Origin: Squalus acanthias
Taxonomy: Eukaryota
Direction of reading: 5' to 3'
Assembly: GCA_030390025.1 (NCBI GenBank)
Contig: CM059433.1
Coordinates: 16,370,001-16,434,000 of the forward strand
DNA length: 64,000 bases
Under the pieces are notes generated by a model. That model searched no databases, was not told the DNA's origin, and saw only the letters and a program-made list of their open reading frames with translations. Within the stretch, counting starts at the first letter, position 1; each line of letters opens with the position of its first letter. The position numbers were made by a program, and so were the translations under genes. Below are positions 49,611 through 62,090 of this stretch, one piece after another.

Positions 49611-52600
49611 CGGTAGCATAATGGTTATGTTTCTGGACTAGTAATCCAGAGGCTTGGATTAATGATCCGGAGACATGAGTTGAAATTCCACCACGGCAGC
49701 TGTTAAATTCTGTTAATTAAATAAATCTGGAATAAAAAGCTAATATCAGTAATGGTGACCATGAAACTATCGGATTGTCATAAAACCCATCTGGTTCACT
49801 AATGTCCTTTAGGGAAGGAAATCTGTCGTCCTTACCTGATTTGGCCTTTATGTGACAACAGACCCACAGAAATGTGGTTGACTCTTAACTGCCTTCTGAA
49901 ATGGCCTAGCAAGCCACTCAGTTGTAACAACCTGCTACAAGAAACAATAATAAGAATAAAACCGGATGGACCACCCGGCATTGACCTAGGCACCGGCTTC
50001 GGACACGACAACGGCACACCCAGCCCAGTCGACCCTGCAAGGTCCTCTTCACTAACATATGGGAACTTGTGCCAAAATTGGGAGAGCTGTCCCACAGACT
50101 AGTCAAGCAACAGCCTGACATAGTCATACTCACAGAATCATACCTTTCAGCCAATGTCCCAGACTCCTCCATCATCATCCCTGGGTATGTCCTGTCCCAC
50201 CGGCAGGACAGACCCAGCAGAGGTGGTGGCACAGTGGTATACAGTCAGGAAGGAGTGGCCCTAGGAATCCTCAACATTGACTCCGGACCCCATGAAGTCT
50301 CATGGCTTCAGTTCAAGCATGGGCAAGGAAACCTCCTGCTGATTACCACCTACCGCCCTCCCTCAGCTGATGAATCAGTACTCCTCAATGTTGAACACCA
50401 CTTGGAAGGAGCACTGAGGGTAGCAAGGGCACAGAACGTACTCTGGTTGGGGTCTTCAATGTCCATCATCACAAGTGGCTCGGTAGCACCACTACTGACC
50501 GAGTTGGCCGAGTGCTGAAGGACATAGTTGCCAGACTGGGCCTGCGGCAGGTGGTGAGAGAACCAAAATGAGGGAAAAACCTACGTTACCTTGTCCTCAC
50601 CAATCTACCTGTCGCAGATGCATCTGTCCATGACAGCATTGGTATCAGTGACCACCGCACAGTCCTTGTAGAGACAAAGTCCCGTCTTCACACTGCATAC
50701 AGCAAAGGCTATGGGCCCAGAATGACATCCCTGCTGTCGTACTGAAGATTTGTGCTCCAGAACTAGCCGCGCCTCCAGCCAAGCTGTTCCAGTACAGCTA
50801 CGACACTGGCATCTACCCGACAATGTGGAAAACTGCCCAGGTATGACTTGTCCACAAAAAGCAGGACAAATCCAATCAATTACCGCCCCATCAGTCTACT
50901 CTCAATCATCAGCAAAGTGATGGAAGGTGTCATCAACAGTGCTATCAAGTGGCACTTACTCACCAATAACCTGCTCACCGATGCTCAGTTTGGGTTTCAC
51001 CAGGACCACTTGGCTCCAGACCTCATTGCAGCCTTGGTCCAAACATGGACAAAAGAGCTGAATTCCAGAGGTGAGGTGAGAGTGACTGCCCTTGACATCA
51101 AGGCAGCATTTGGACCGAGTGTGGCATCAAGGAGCCCAAGTAAAACTGAAGTCAATTGGAATCAGGGGGAAAACTCTCCATTGGCTGGAGTCATACCCAG
51201 CACAAAGGAAGATGGTTGTGGTTGTTGGAGGCCAATCATCTCAGCCCCAGGACTTCGCTGCAGGAGTTCAACGACCATCCCCCCATCATAAGGTCACAGT
51301 GGGGATGTTCTTTGATGATTGCACAGTTTTCAGTTCTATTCATAACTCCTCAGATAATGAAGCAGTCCATGCCCACATGCAACAAGACCTAGACAACATT
51401 CTGGCTTGGGCTGTGTAAGAATGTAAAGGGTTAATGCAGAAACTATAAGCTTTTTGCAAAACTTAAGTTAGTTGCTAAGTTAGTTGCAAGAGCAAAGTCA
51501 CAACTACTTCCTGTTATTGATAAAGTCGTTGCAAAGCCTATGTCATACGCAGGGTCAAAAGGAACAGAAGCAGACATTGAGATGAAGATGCCAGACAACA
51601 TAGGAGAAGTGTCAATAATGCTATGTGCTGTCTTGCTCGTTAAACAAGCCTGCCATCGACAGACACGATTGGACATTGTTAGTCAAATGATCAGAACTTT
51701 GAAGGATAAAAGGCTTGGTTTGACTTGGGATGTACAGACGTAGAGAGAAGAACGACAATACCTGTCGGGACAGATTTATGCTAGCCAATTGCACTTAACT
51801 TCTCTCTGGTATGCAGGTATTGAGGAGCAGTCCATGCAGTCCAAAGCCTAACGCTCTTCTTTGCTAGTAAGACAACCGCCGGACCGGATTAAAGCAGCAA
51901 TGGAGACATCGCACTCTACGCTGTCCAGTAACCAAATTTGGTAATATCCTTCAGAACTGTAAATTACTGTCACCTAATATTAGTCTGTGGTGGCTGTATT
52001 AACTTCTACTGTATACCAATAAAACATCTACTGTGCCAATATGGAGTCACGTCCGAATCATTAAGTTTGAGGTGTAAAACTTCTTACAGCTGATAAGTGG
52101 CAAGTAACATTTGTGCCATACAAGTGCCAGGCAATGACTATGTCCATCAAGCCAGAGTCTAACCACCGCCCCTTGACATTCAACGGCATTACCATCGCCA
52201 AATCCCCCACCATCAACATCCTGAGGGTCACCGTTGACCAGAAACTTAACTGGACCAGCCACATAAATACTGTGGCCACAAGAGCAGGTCAGAGGCTGTG
52301 TATTCTGTGGCGAATGTCTCACCTCCTGACTCCCCAAAGCCTTTCCACCATCTACAAGGCACAAGTCAGGAGTGTGATGGAATACTCTCCACTTGCCTGG
52401 ATGAGTGCAGCTCCAACAGCACTCAAGAAACTCGACACCATCCAGGACAAAGCAGCCCGTTTGATTGGCACCCCATCCACCACCTTAAACATTCACTCCC
52501 TCCACCACCAGCGTACCGTGGCTACAGTGTGTACCATCGACAAGATGCACTGCAGCAACTCACCAAGGCTCCTTCGGCAGCACCTCCCAAACCCGCGACC

Positions 52601-52889
52601 TCTACCACCTGGAAGAACAAGGGCAGCAGACGCATGGGAACACCACCACCTCCAAGTTCCACTCCAAGTCACACACCATCCTGACTTGGAAATATATCAC
52701 CGATCCTTCATTGTCGCTGGGTCAAAATCCTGGAACTCCCTCCCTAACAGCACTGTGGGAGTACCTTCACCACACGGACTGCAGCGGCTCAAGAAGGCAG
52801 CTCACCACAACCTTCTCAAGGGCAATTAGGGATGGCAATAAATGCTGGCCTTGCCAGCGACGACCACATCCCAGTAACGAATAAAAAAA
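49611..52889 (+). mobile_element. CR1/L2-group LINE (APE endonuclease plus RT, internally deleted) with a tRNA-like 5' head, interrupted by a solo LTR
   Basis: PDIVILTESYL, RQDR.SRGGG, NYRPISLLS, QFGF, LDIKAAF, FDDCT and IYKAQVRSVMEY motifs; tail aataaatgctggcc...gaataaaaaaa. Confidence 0.88.
51414..52088 (+). mobile_element. Solo LTR (675 bp)
   Basis: TGTAAGAA...TTCTTACA termini; 4-bp TSD GCTG splitting the LINE AWADKWQV codons; AATAAA near 52018. Confidence 0.85.
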
Positions 52890-54651
52890 ATTCACCATCA
52901 ATGAAATGAGAGGCAGCCGTAGCATTCTTACTATTACATGCAATTTCCTTTGCAGCTGCTAAAAAATGTCAATTGCTAATAGTTCAGAACCAGAAAATAA
53001 AGCTCATAAAAGCTGAGGTGCAAAATCGGCTTTTTGAGTACAACTTCACGTGCTCTGATATCTAAAGGAGGCCTCAACTCCAAGGCAATGTCAGCAATTA
53101 AAGGAACAAAAGGGAATGAAGACAGCAGAGATGAACTGGGGAGGTTATTAGTTTTCAATTTCAAATAGCAATTAATAATATTTATCTTTTCTCTATAGTT
53201 AACCAATGGCTCAAATTGCTGTTGACCATCTGAGATCAATGTTAAATTTTCCAATGCTTCAAATCCTGTACATCTCCCACGGATATTTAACCAACAAAGA
53301 GGAAAATCTGATCCTGGTTTACTTAATCTTCCAAAAATTAATTGAAACATGGCTGTCAAAAACGATCACGAGAGAATCTCCGAGGCTATTTGTGATGGAG
53401 CTCCTGCGATGGTTTCCTGATGCAATCTAACAGCCCCCGACAAAAGTTTAGGATCATGTTTTGTTAATGAACAACCTTCCCAATTGTTGGCTTTGCTACA
53501 ATTATAATTTCTTTCATTCGTAAGATGAAAGCTTCATTAGATTAATCAATGTCATTAAACTGTGACGATAAATTATACGTGTATTTGCAAACCTTCCAAG
53601 TAAAACATTGAATCTGATGGATGAAATCAGATTCAGAAGATTATATTCTACAGGGCTGGTCTGATGCACGGTTGAATATTATTCAGCATCCACAGATGAA
53701 AGAAAGAAATATGTCAGTAAAATTTCTCCACAGTGGAAAACGCATCCAGTATGGTGCGTTGCAACCTTGCACTCTCAGTGCTGGACAACTTCAGTTTGAT
53801 AGGCATTTTCTTGAATCTATATTTACGATGTATGTCACCCACTCCTTCTTTGGGCAGTGTCATTATGGGGTTTCCGCAGATCTTCGACAAAGTTACGGAG
53901 GAAGATCAGGAGAACCCCCATAGAAATTCAATCAATACAGCACCGATTTTAACTCGGGGTGGGGCGGGCAGGGGGCTCGGGCCGGGCACCTAGCCCCCAT
54001 GACATAGTCGGCGTGAGACCTGGACCATTTTAACTCCTGGGCCTCATTTCCATTTGACTGATGGGCTACCCTCCCTATCGCATTGTGAACCGTGTCGCCC
54101 ATCCACATGACGCACGCCAATGCCTCCCAGGGCCTATCTGAAGTGGGGATGCATCTTTTAAAGCGAGGTTGCATTCTCTGCTATGCATTTTTTTTGAACA
54201 GCACTGGAAATAATTCTGTCCACAGAGGTGAGTCGGAGGGCTGCCCTCCCGGATTCTGTTGCATCCCCGGAGGTCCTGTAAGAGGAGGTCAAGGCAAGGA
54301 GGGAGGCACTAATCCCCATTAGCCCGGATAATCCCGAAGGCCACTATCAACCAGGCCTGGACAAAGGTGAGGGTCAGTGCCACCAGCATCACCCCCAGGA
54401 CCTGGGTTCAATGTAGAAAGAGGTTCAATGACCTCACAAGAGCAGCAAAGGTGAGTACTGCTCTTCACCTCTCCAGCTATCTCAACAGCACCTAACAACA
54501 GTCCTTTCACTCTCATCTACCACAACTCTGAAAAAAATCCATCTTCTCCATTACATCCTTCAACATTCAATCATAAGGGTACACTGCAAAACGTCTTTTT
54601 CACATTCCAAACACACTCACCTCTTCCTTCACTCCTCAGACCACTTACTAA

Positions 54652-55170
54652 TGTAGGTGAAAAATGAATTCACTCGAGTCTGTCTCAAAGCAGAAGATCA
54701 CAGTTTATTTAACTGGGAGAAGAGCCATAGACCCCGCTGGTCTAGTGATCAACTTCTCGTCGTTACAGTGGTATCGGGACTTCTTTTATACATTATAGGG
54801 CCGGATACGCAATTCATTACATACAAATGTCTTCACCCAATCACATTCCCCCAGCAACAAGCTCCTTAATTATAATCTGCACTTTAAGCTAAATTTTCTT
54901 GTTACTTCCCTTCTGAAACTATAAACATAGAGAATGTTGCGTTACATCTGTCCGGCCGGACTGGCTGGTCATGTGGTGATTGGTTCTCAAGTGTAACCGT
55001 TGTGCTATTATTGTTCCTCCTTAGTGGGCCTCAAGTTACCTCGCACGTACGCATGTTGACCACAGATATTACTCATCGCACTGTGTCAGCGATTTACGAG
55101 TTCACCTTTTACAGCACATTCTTTAACTCTTTACGTTGCTGCTTTAAGCCCTATAATTTTCACCCTAACA
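54652..55170 (-). mobile_element. Solo LTR (519 bp)
   Basis: TGTAGGTGAAAA...TTTTCACCCTAACA termini; 4-bp TSD CTAA; minus-strand TATAAAAG (~54785) and AATAAA (~54705). Confidence 0.78.
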
Positions 55171-56144
55171 CTAACATCATTTTCTTCTCACGTCCTAGCA
55201 ATTGCAGAACAACCAACTCCTCCCAGCACGCCTACCTCATTGCACCTCTTGGTTTCTGCCCCCCCCCCCCCCACCCGCTCCCCTCACCACAACCCTACCC
55301 TTGTGCTTTTCTCCTTTCAGTGGTGGAAGAGCAAGAGGTGGAAAGGCAGGAAGACAGTAATGAAGAAGAAACACCATCACTCAATTTCACACTCGCAGCC
55401 ACTGGCTCAGATACTGACGCTGCATGTAATATAGAGGATAGCATAGAGGCGGGATCTGCACGTGGTGAAATACTGGGCTTGAGTGGCCTGCAGCCAGGTC
55501 AGAGGACAAGGGTAGAGCAGGTGCTGGAGGGCAAGGTTGCACACGAGCTCTGCTGCAGAGGACTCAGATGAGCACTTCGATGGGGCGGGCTACAGAAGCT
55601 GATGGGTATGCACAATGAAATGCTTGGTGCATTGAGAAGCCTGCGCTCAATGTCAAGAAGCATGTAGGAGTCTGGCACCAGCTTGGCACAGGGCTTTGCG
55701 CAGAGCTTGGAGCCCAACCTTTCCAGCATGGAAAAGGTGGTCAATCAATCCCACTGTCAGCAACGTTTCCAGAATGGTTTCTGCTACATTCTCTGGACCT
55801 GAGCCTACAGCAGAGTCCAGTTGACATGAAGTGCTGTGCAGCTGGTGCACAGATTTCTCGGTTAAAAAACCCAAAACCAAACACAACACAGAAGCATTAG
55901 AGTTAAAAGGGAATAAAGTGTATCCAGTGATAGAGTAGTGGGATCTGATGGCCTGATGTCTCAGCTTCCATTGCGGCACAAGCAGAAGCCACCCAACATC
56001 TGGGTGCTGCAGTGGAAGCTGAGACTTCTGTCATGCAGCCTCAGACTGCTGCCATCATAGCTACAGACACCAGTGTTCAAAGGGGCTTGCAGGGTGTCAC
56101 ATCAGTCCAGCAATCTGTCCTCCGACAGATTACCAGCATGGCTT

Positions 56145-56985
56145 TCATTGTATGCGTGCTGACCCACGTGTGCGTGGGTTGCACACCGGACTCATGAGCC
56201 ATGTCGTCAGTGGATAGCCCTTGTCACCCAGTAGCCACCCTCTGGTTTGCCATGGTCGCTCAAATGCAGATGGCACAGCGGACTGCCGCAGAATGAAGGC
56301 ATCATGACTGCCGCCAAGATAGCGGGCATTCACCTGCATGATTCGCTGCGTATGGTCGCACACCAGCTGGACGTTGAGGGAGTGGAATCCCTTTCGGTTG
56401 CAGTACATCTCAGAGTTTACATGCAGCGCCCGCAAAGCGACGTGAGCGCAATCAATGGCGCACTGCACCATGGGGAGGCCTGCAATCCTCGCGAAGCCAT
56501 GTGCTCGCTCCACCTGCTGCTCCCTGGGCAGAGAGAATGAAATGAATTCCGCTCTCTTGGAATACAGAGCCTCAGTTACCTGCCTTATGCAACAGTGGAC
56601 GGCAAACTGGGAGTTGTTGCAAATATCTTGTGCTCCGGCCTGGAAAGAGTCCAACGCATTAAAGTTCATGACCACTGTCACCTTCGCAGCCACTGGCAAT
56701 GCGGTCTTCGCCCTGCTCTGAGGTTAAAGTTGTGACTGCAGCAGGTGGCAGATTTCAGTGAGGACATCCGCAGTGAAGGGCAGACATCTGACACACTGTT
56801 CCTCACTGAGGTTCAGTGTGTCAGATTATATGATCCACCCTGGGCAGATATGGCCTCCTGCTTGAGAGCCCTTCTCCTGCTCCTCCTCCCTCTTCCAGCA
56901 GTTGGTCCTGCTCTGTGCCGTCTCTGCTCATTCTCCCTGTCATGCTGTAGGCCAAGTGGAATGCCTACTACCGCACCCATGTCTG
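56145..56985 (-). pseudogene. Harbinger transposase, 3'-truncated
   Basis: 184-aa ORF with CAIDCAHV, NRKGFHSLNVQLVCDH, GGSHDAFILRQS and LLGDKGYPL; the C-terminal catalytic region is lost at ~56145. Confidence 0.9.
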
Positions 56986-58109
56986 GGAGCATGAGGTCTA
57001 TGCAGAATCGTTGATGTCAGGATGAAGTCCTTCAGCACCTGCCTCACCACTCCCTGTAGACTTTAGCAACTTTAAAGAACTCTAGAAACCTCCAAACACT
57101 TCTACAAACACAGCAACAGCTGGTAGAAATCCATCAAGCAACTAACGTGTAAGTAGTTGATGCTGATTTTAAATAGCGCTAGTAGGGGTGGCTCTTCCTG
57201 CTGCTGGACGCATGTTTAAGAGAGGGCATTAGCTGGAGTGTTGTCCTCCAAAATGGCAGCACTGACGTTGCACTTTGATTGACGTCATGATCTTCCTGCT
57301 CTCCGTACTTCCGCTGGCTGCTCACTACGCACGTGATGACGCACTCACCAAGATGGCATCCAGCACGACTTGCACCAGAAGTGCGCACCGTAGACGCCAT
57401 TTTGAATCCAAAATGTCACTCGTAGCGCTGAGAAAACGGGCGCTCCAGAGCCGAATTTTGCGGCCGCTGTCATTTTCCCACCGAATCTGTGTCTCCTCAT
57501 TGATTATCCTTTCACTTCACTTATACCAGCCTTCTTCCCCTCCCCCAGCTTTGTTCAAGAATAACAAATAGCAGAAATTGATTTTGAAGCTTTGATAACC
57601 GTTGAAACAAATATTCTATCTAAGGCATTCCCTTTATCTGTACAAAGAGTCACTTCTTCATCTATGACACTTGCCTTTAACAAATCCACGCTGGCTGTCC
57701 TTAATTATTCCAGGTATCTCTAAACACTCACTAATGTTGTCTCGAATTATGCATTCTAAGAGTTTGCCAGCATCTTATATTAGACTAATTGGTCAAATGA
57801 TACCTGATTTATTTTTCTCTCCGTTCTTCAACAGAAGTATTACATTGGCTAACATCCAGTCCCATGGCACAATTTGCATTTCTAAGGAAGATTATATATT
57901 TGTGTTGAGCCTCTGCTATCTCCTCTCTGACTTCCATCAATAGCCTTGATGACATGTTCACCTTTAGTTATGTTAGTTTTTTCCAGAAACATATCCTTTT
58001 CTATAGTTATCTCTAACAATTGTTCCCTATCCTCCTCTAGAACACCAACATTCTCACTTCAACCATCATTTGATGCAAAACACTTATTTACTATGGCCCA
58101 AAATTCTAC

Positions 58110-58640
58110 ACGGTGAGTGTAATGGAATACTCTCCACTTGCCTGGATGAGTGCAGTTCCAACAACACTCAAGAAGCTCAACGCCATACAGGACAAAGCAG
58201 TCCACTTGATTGGCACCCCATTCACCATCTTAAACATCCACTCCCTCCACCACCGGCGTACCGTGGCTGCCGTGTGTACAATCTACAAGATGCACTGCAG
58301 CAACTCGCCAAGGCTTCTTCGGCAGCACCTGCCAAACCCGCGACCTCTTCCACCTAGAAGGACAAGGGCAGCAGGCACATGGGAACACCATCACCTCCAA
58401 GTTCCCCTCCAAATCACACACCATCCTGACTTAGAAGTATATCGCCGTTCCTTCATCGTCGCTGGGTCAATATCCTGGAACTCCCCCTCTAACAGCACTG
58501 TGGGAGTACCTTCACCACACGGACTGCAGCGGTTCAAGAAGGCGGCTCACCACCACCTTCTCAAGGGCAATTAGGGATGGGCAATAAATGCTGGCCTTGC
58601 CAGCAGCGACGCCCACATCCCATGAACGAATAAAAGAAAA
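58110..58640 (+). mobile_element. 3' fragment of the same LINE family as 49611-52889
   Basis: SVMEYSPLAWMSA...HHHLLKGN, nearly identical to 52370-52890. Confidence 0.9.
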
Positions 58641-59780
58641 ACATCCGGCCCCTCAGATTTATTCACCTTAAGGTTGCATAGCTGTTCGGCAACCACGCTG
58701 GTAGTAACGTGAATAGTATCACAACTTACCTCTGTAACACTCTCTAGTTCCACTTCCAGATGAAACAAGTTACCCGTCTCCTCCTTGGTAAAAATTGAGG
58801 CAAAAAAATTGCCTTTAGCACTTTGCAGCCTGTGCGGCGTCTGTTGTCAAGCCCTAACCCGATCGCACTTTCAGTGGGCCTGCTCCATCCCTTTGTTTTT
58901 TTTTCTTTTTCTCTATAAAACTTTTTATTATTATCCTTCACTTCTCTTGTCATGTTCAATTCCAATGCCTTTTTTTTACAATCCTGGCAGGTCTTTTGGT
59001 ATTGAATCTGTCTTAATTTGGTGCCATTTTCCTTCATGGCCTTTTTTCCCTCTTCATGAGTTGCTTAGATGCCTCGTTCAACCAGACAGGAGCGTCTTTA
59101 AGCTCACTACCTTAATGTTATATGGGCACACCTTAGTACATTGCATTTAGGATCACCTCCTTGAAGGAACTCTTCAGTTCCTCCACTCCTCTCGCCATAG
59201 AGGCCCACTCTGACAAGACGCCTCAAGTGCATAAAATTGGTCCATTAAATTTGACAATTTTGTTTGGGGTTTTATAGCCTCACCAATCCTCGGAACGTGT
59301 GATTGCATTGTGATCACTGTTACTTAAACCCAGCTTTATGTTAGAGATTTGGGGCTAAATATTCGGGGGCTTAACGCAAAATGGCAAAAAATAGCGAAAA
59401 GTGGGTGGTCGCCACTCTTTCGCCAGCTGGTGCCGGGTCTCGCGGCGTCCTCCATTTTCCCAGGCCCGGCAGCGCTGCCAGTAAGATCCAGCTCTCTGCA
59501 AAGTAAAATGAGGGAGAGGTGAAGTAACGTCGCCACAGCGAACCTCAGCGCTGGGTTCTAAGCTCACCGTGTAAACCCAGCGTGCAGCAGAATGACAGAG
59601 GCGCTGTCGGCACCTCTTAAAGGGACACACACATCTTTCAGGTACATTTGCATTTCAGCTTTTGGACTGGATTTTTTTGATTTTATTGAAGTAGTGGCTT
59701 GCTGCAATAGATGTTAAAAGTTTTTTTAAGTGTGTAGGGAGTGCTGCTGGACGCTTGCAAGGCCTCAGATGGTAAGGCAG

Positions 59781-59918
59781 AAAGTGCTGCAAATACACAG
59801 CAGGTCAGGCAACATCCGTGAAGAGAGAAACAGAATTTACATCTCAGGTCAAGATGCAGCCTGACCTGCTGAGTATTTCCAGCATTTTATGCTGTCATTT
59901 CAGATTTACAGCATCTGC
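59781..59918. repeat. Hairpin repeat related to 24885-25071
   Basis: cagcaggtcaggc...gcctgacctgctg inverted arms. Confidence 0.65.
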
Positions 59919-60726
59919 TCGCAGAGGGAAGAGGAAGATGCAGAAGAGGAGGAAGCAGAAGGAAGGATGCGACCCAGACAGCCCCTTTTTGGCCGGGATA
60001 TCTGGGATGGAATCATCCGCCTGCGGTACCAGTGACCACAACCCCAATTCCCCTTTCAACATTTGTCCCACACCTTACCTTCCCTCTGTTACTGACCATC
60101 ACAGCGTCCTCTTGGCCATGATGCTGAAATAAAAGCCACCACAAAGCAAACTTTCTAATCCAACTTTATACATCTATTCATCCAATATGACATCAAGAAA
60201 TCAACTGATCACCCTTATGCATTCTCTTAGTGACTGTCTTGTGCGTGCCTTTGCCTATCCTACTGATGTCATGCAGTGCTACCACAGTGGCTGCAGCATG
60301 GCTGGTGGAAGGCTGCTGACTTTCAGTGGGGGACACTGCAAATGGCCTTGCTGGTCGAACTTGTGGAGCTGGTGACTGAGAGTGTGAAATCGAGTGACAG
60401 TGTTTCTGCTTCTTCTTCTTCTTCTGCTTCTTCACTCTCCTCTCCCTCTTCTTGGTCAACCACTGGCTGGGCAGGCTGCATTTCTTGGGCGTGTGAAATG
60501 AGGAAGGCACAAGGGTGGAGTTGTGGTGAGGGAAGGGCGGGAAAGCAAGAGGTGCATGCGAGAAGGAGGATAACAAATGAGCATCTTGTATCCTTTCAGC
60601 CCCGCTGCTGGCCAAGGGCTCAACCATGCCCCTGCCAAGAATGGCCTGCACCGTCTCCTCGAAGGGGTTGAGGTGAGGCTAGAAATGGGAGATGTGCCTT
60701 GTGATTGGTACAGGTTGTTGATAGAT

Positions 60727-61156
60727 GACGGTGGCATAGTGGTTAGCACTGTTGCCTCACAGCGCCAGAGACCCGGGTTCGAATCTGACCTCGGGTGACT
60801 GTCTGTGTGGAGTTTGCACATTCTCCCCGTGTCTGCGTGGGTTTCCTCCGGGTGCTCCGGTTTCCTCCCACAGTCCAAAAATGTGTGGGTTAGGTTGATT
60901 TGGCTATGATAAATTGACCCTTAGTGTTAGGGGGGATTAAATATGTGGGGTTATGGGGACAGGATGGGATATGTTAGGGGGAATTAAATACATGGGGTTA
61001 CGGGGGTAGGGTGGGATATGAGTACTGTGGGGATTAAAGCAGGGACAGGGTACTGGATTTGGATGATCAGCCATGATCGTATTGAATGGCGGAGCAGGCT
61101 CGACGGGCCGAATGGCCTACTCCTGCTCCTAGATTCTATGTTTCTATGTTTCTATG
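60727..61156 (+). mobile_element. V-SINE (HE1-like)
   Basis: Near-identical to 36207-36657. Confidence 0.88.
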
Positions 61157-62090
61157 AGTGCTTGGGGAAGTGGGGGGAGTCATGCATTGAGCGGTGTGTG
61201 AGGCTAGTGGTTCAGTTGGTAGGAAACGGCTTTTGAAGATCCATTCACTGACCTTGACCAGTGGTCTAAGGTCATGAAGCTTCTTTGGGCATAGGGGCCA
61301 GGTGGTGTGGGCGACACTGCTGGCAGTGACAACCTCGGTGATCTGGTCCCACATCCTTCTTTCTGGAGGGCCTCCTGGCCCCTGTGGGTAGAGGACCTGT
61401 CTTGCAGTGTTGACCTCCTGCACAAAGCTGGAGTGCCGTGTGCGATACCCTGGGTGCCCTTTCCCTAGCTTGCTGAGCCATTTGTGTTAGTGCTGAAGCT
61501 CGTTTCACATTTTCTGAGGTTTGGAAGGGAATTCAGCTTTACATGCTGAAGACTCCCATTTGGGACTTTTTAATGTTAATTTTTTTTATATAAAGGCAGT
61601 AAGGGCTGAAAACTGCATTTTTTCACTTCATTTTCATTTTTATTAGTTCAGAAGGCATTGCCCTTTTAATTTCCCACAATGCCTAGCGAACTCTAGAAGC
61701 TGGAACGCCGCTCCTGGACGGGAACTTCGACTCCCATGCCTGCACTAATGCCACCAGGAGCGGGTTACATGATAAGTTAGCGCTGGGCTAAAAATCTTTA
61801 GCCCCCAGTGCGAGTTTTTCTCTGATAGCGCTTTGTCCATTTTCAGTGACCGTTAACCCGAGGCTGTGGTGACACCGGCAACTCTCGTGGCGGCCACAAA
61901 TTTTTAGCCCATAATCTTTCCTATTACTCAGAATCAAATCCAAAATGCTATCATTATTTGTTGGCTCTTTTACAAACTGAGTCCTAAAGCAGTCTTTTAT
62001 TAACTCTAAAATTTCCTTCCCTGTCCTACCAGTAGACATACCATTATCCCAATCAATTTCTGGTAAGTTAAAATCCAACTTCTACAGTTG

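Larger units (their letters stand above)
53920..57465. mobile_element. Harbinger element, internally deleted, with convergent Myb-like (+) and transposase (-) remnants
   Basis: PRTWVQCRKRFNDLTRAAK|gtgagt at 54450; exon-3 homology to 4432-4990; right end matches those of the 3288-7166 and 40480-41642 elements. Left boundary approximate. Confidence 0.75.
59351..61910 (-). mobile_element. Harbinger element with Myb-like remnants on - (60200-61480) and nested SINE and hairpin
   Basis: TIRs ggggctaaatatt / aatttttagcccc; MAQQARERAPRVS...WDQIT...TWPLCPKKLHDL. Confidence 0.72.

Noticed and set aside
56145..56699. Possible host HARBI1 gene
   Set aside because: Truncated, lies within a TIR-bounded multicopy element, and is paralogous to 5500-6655.
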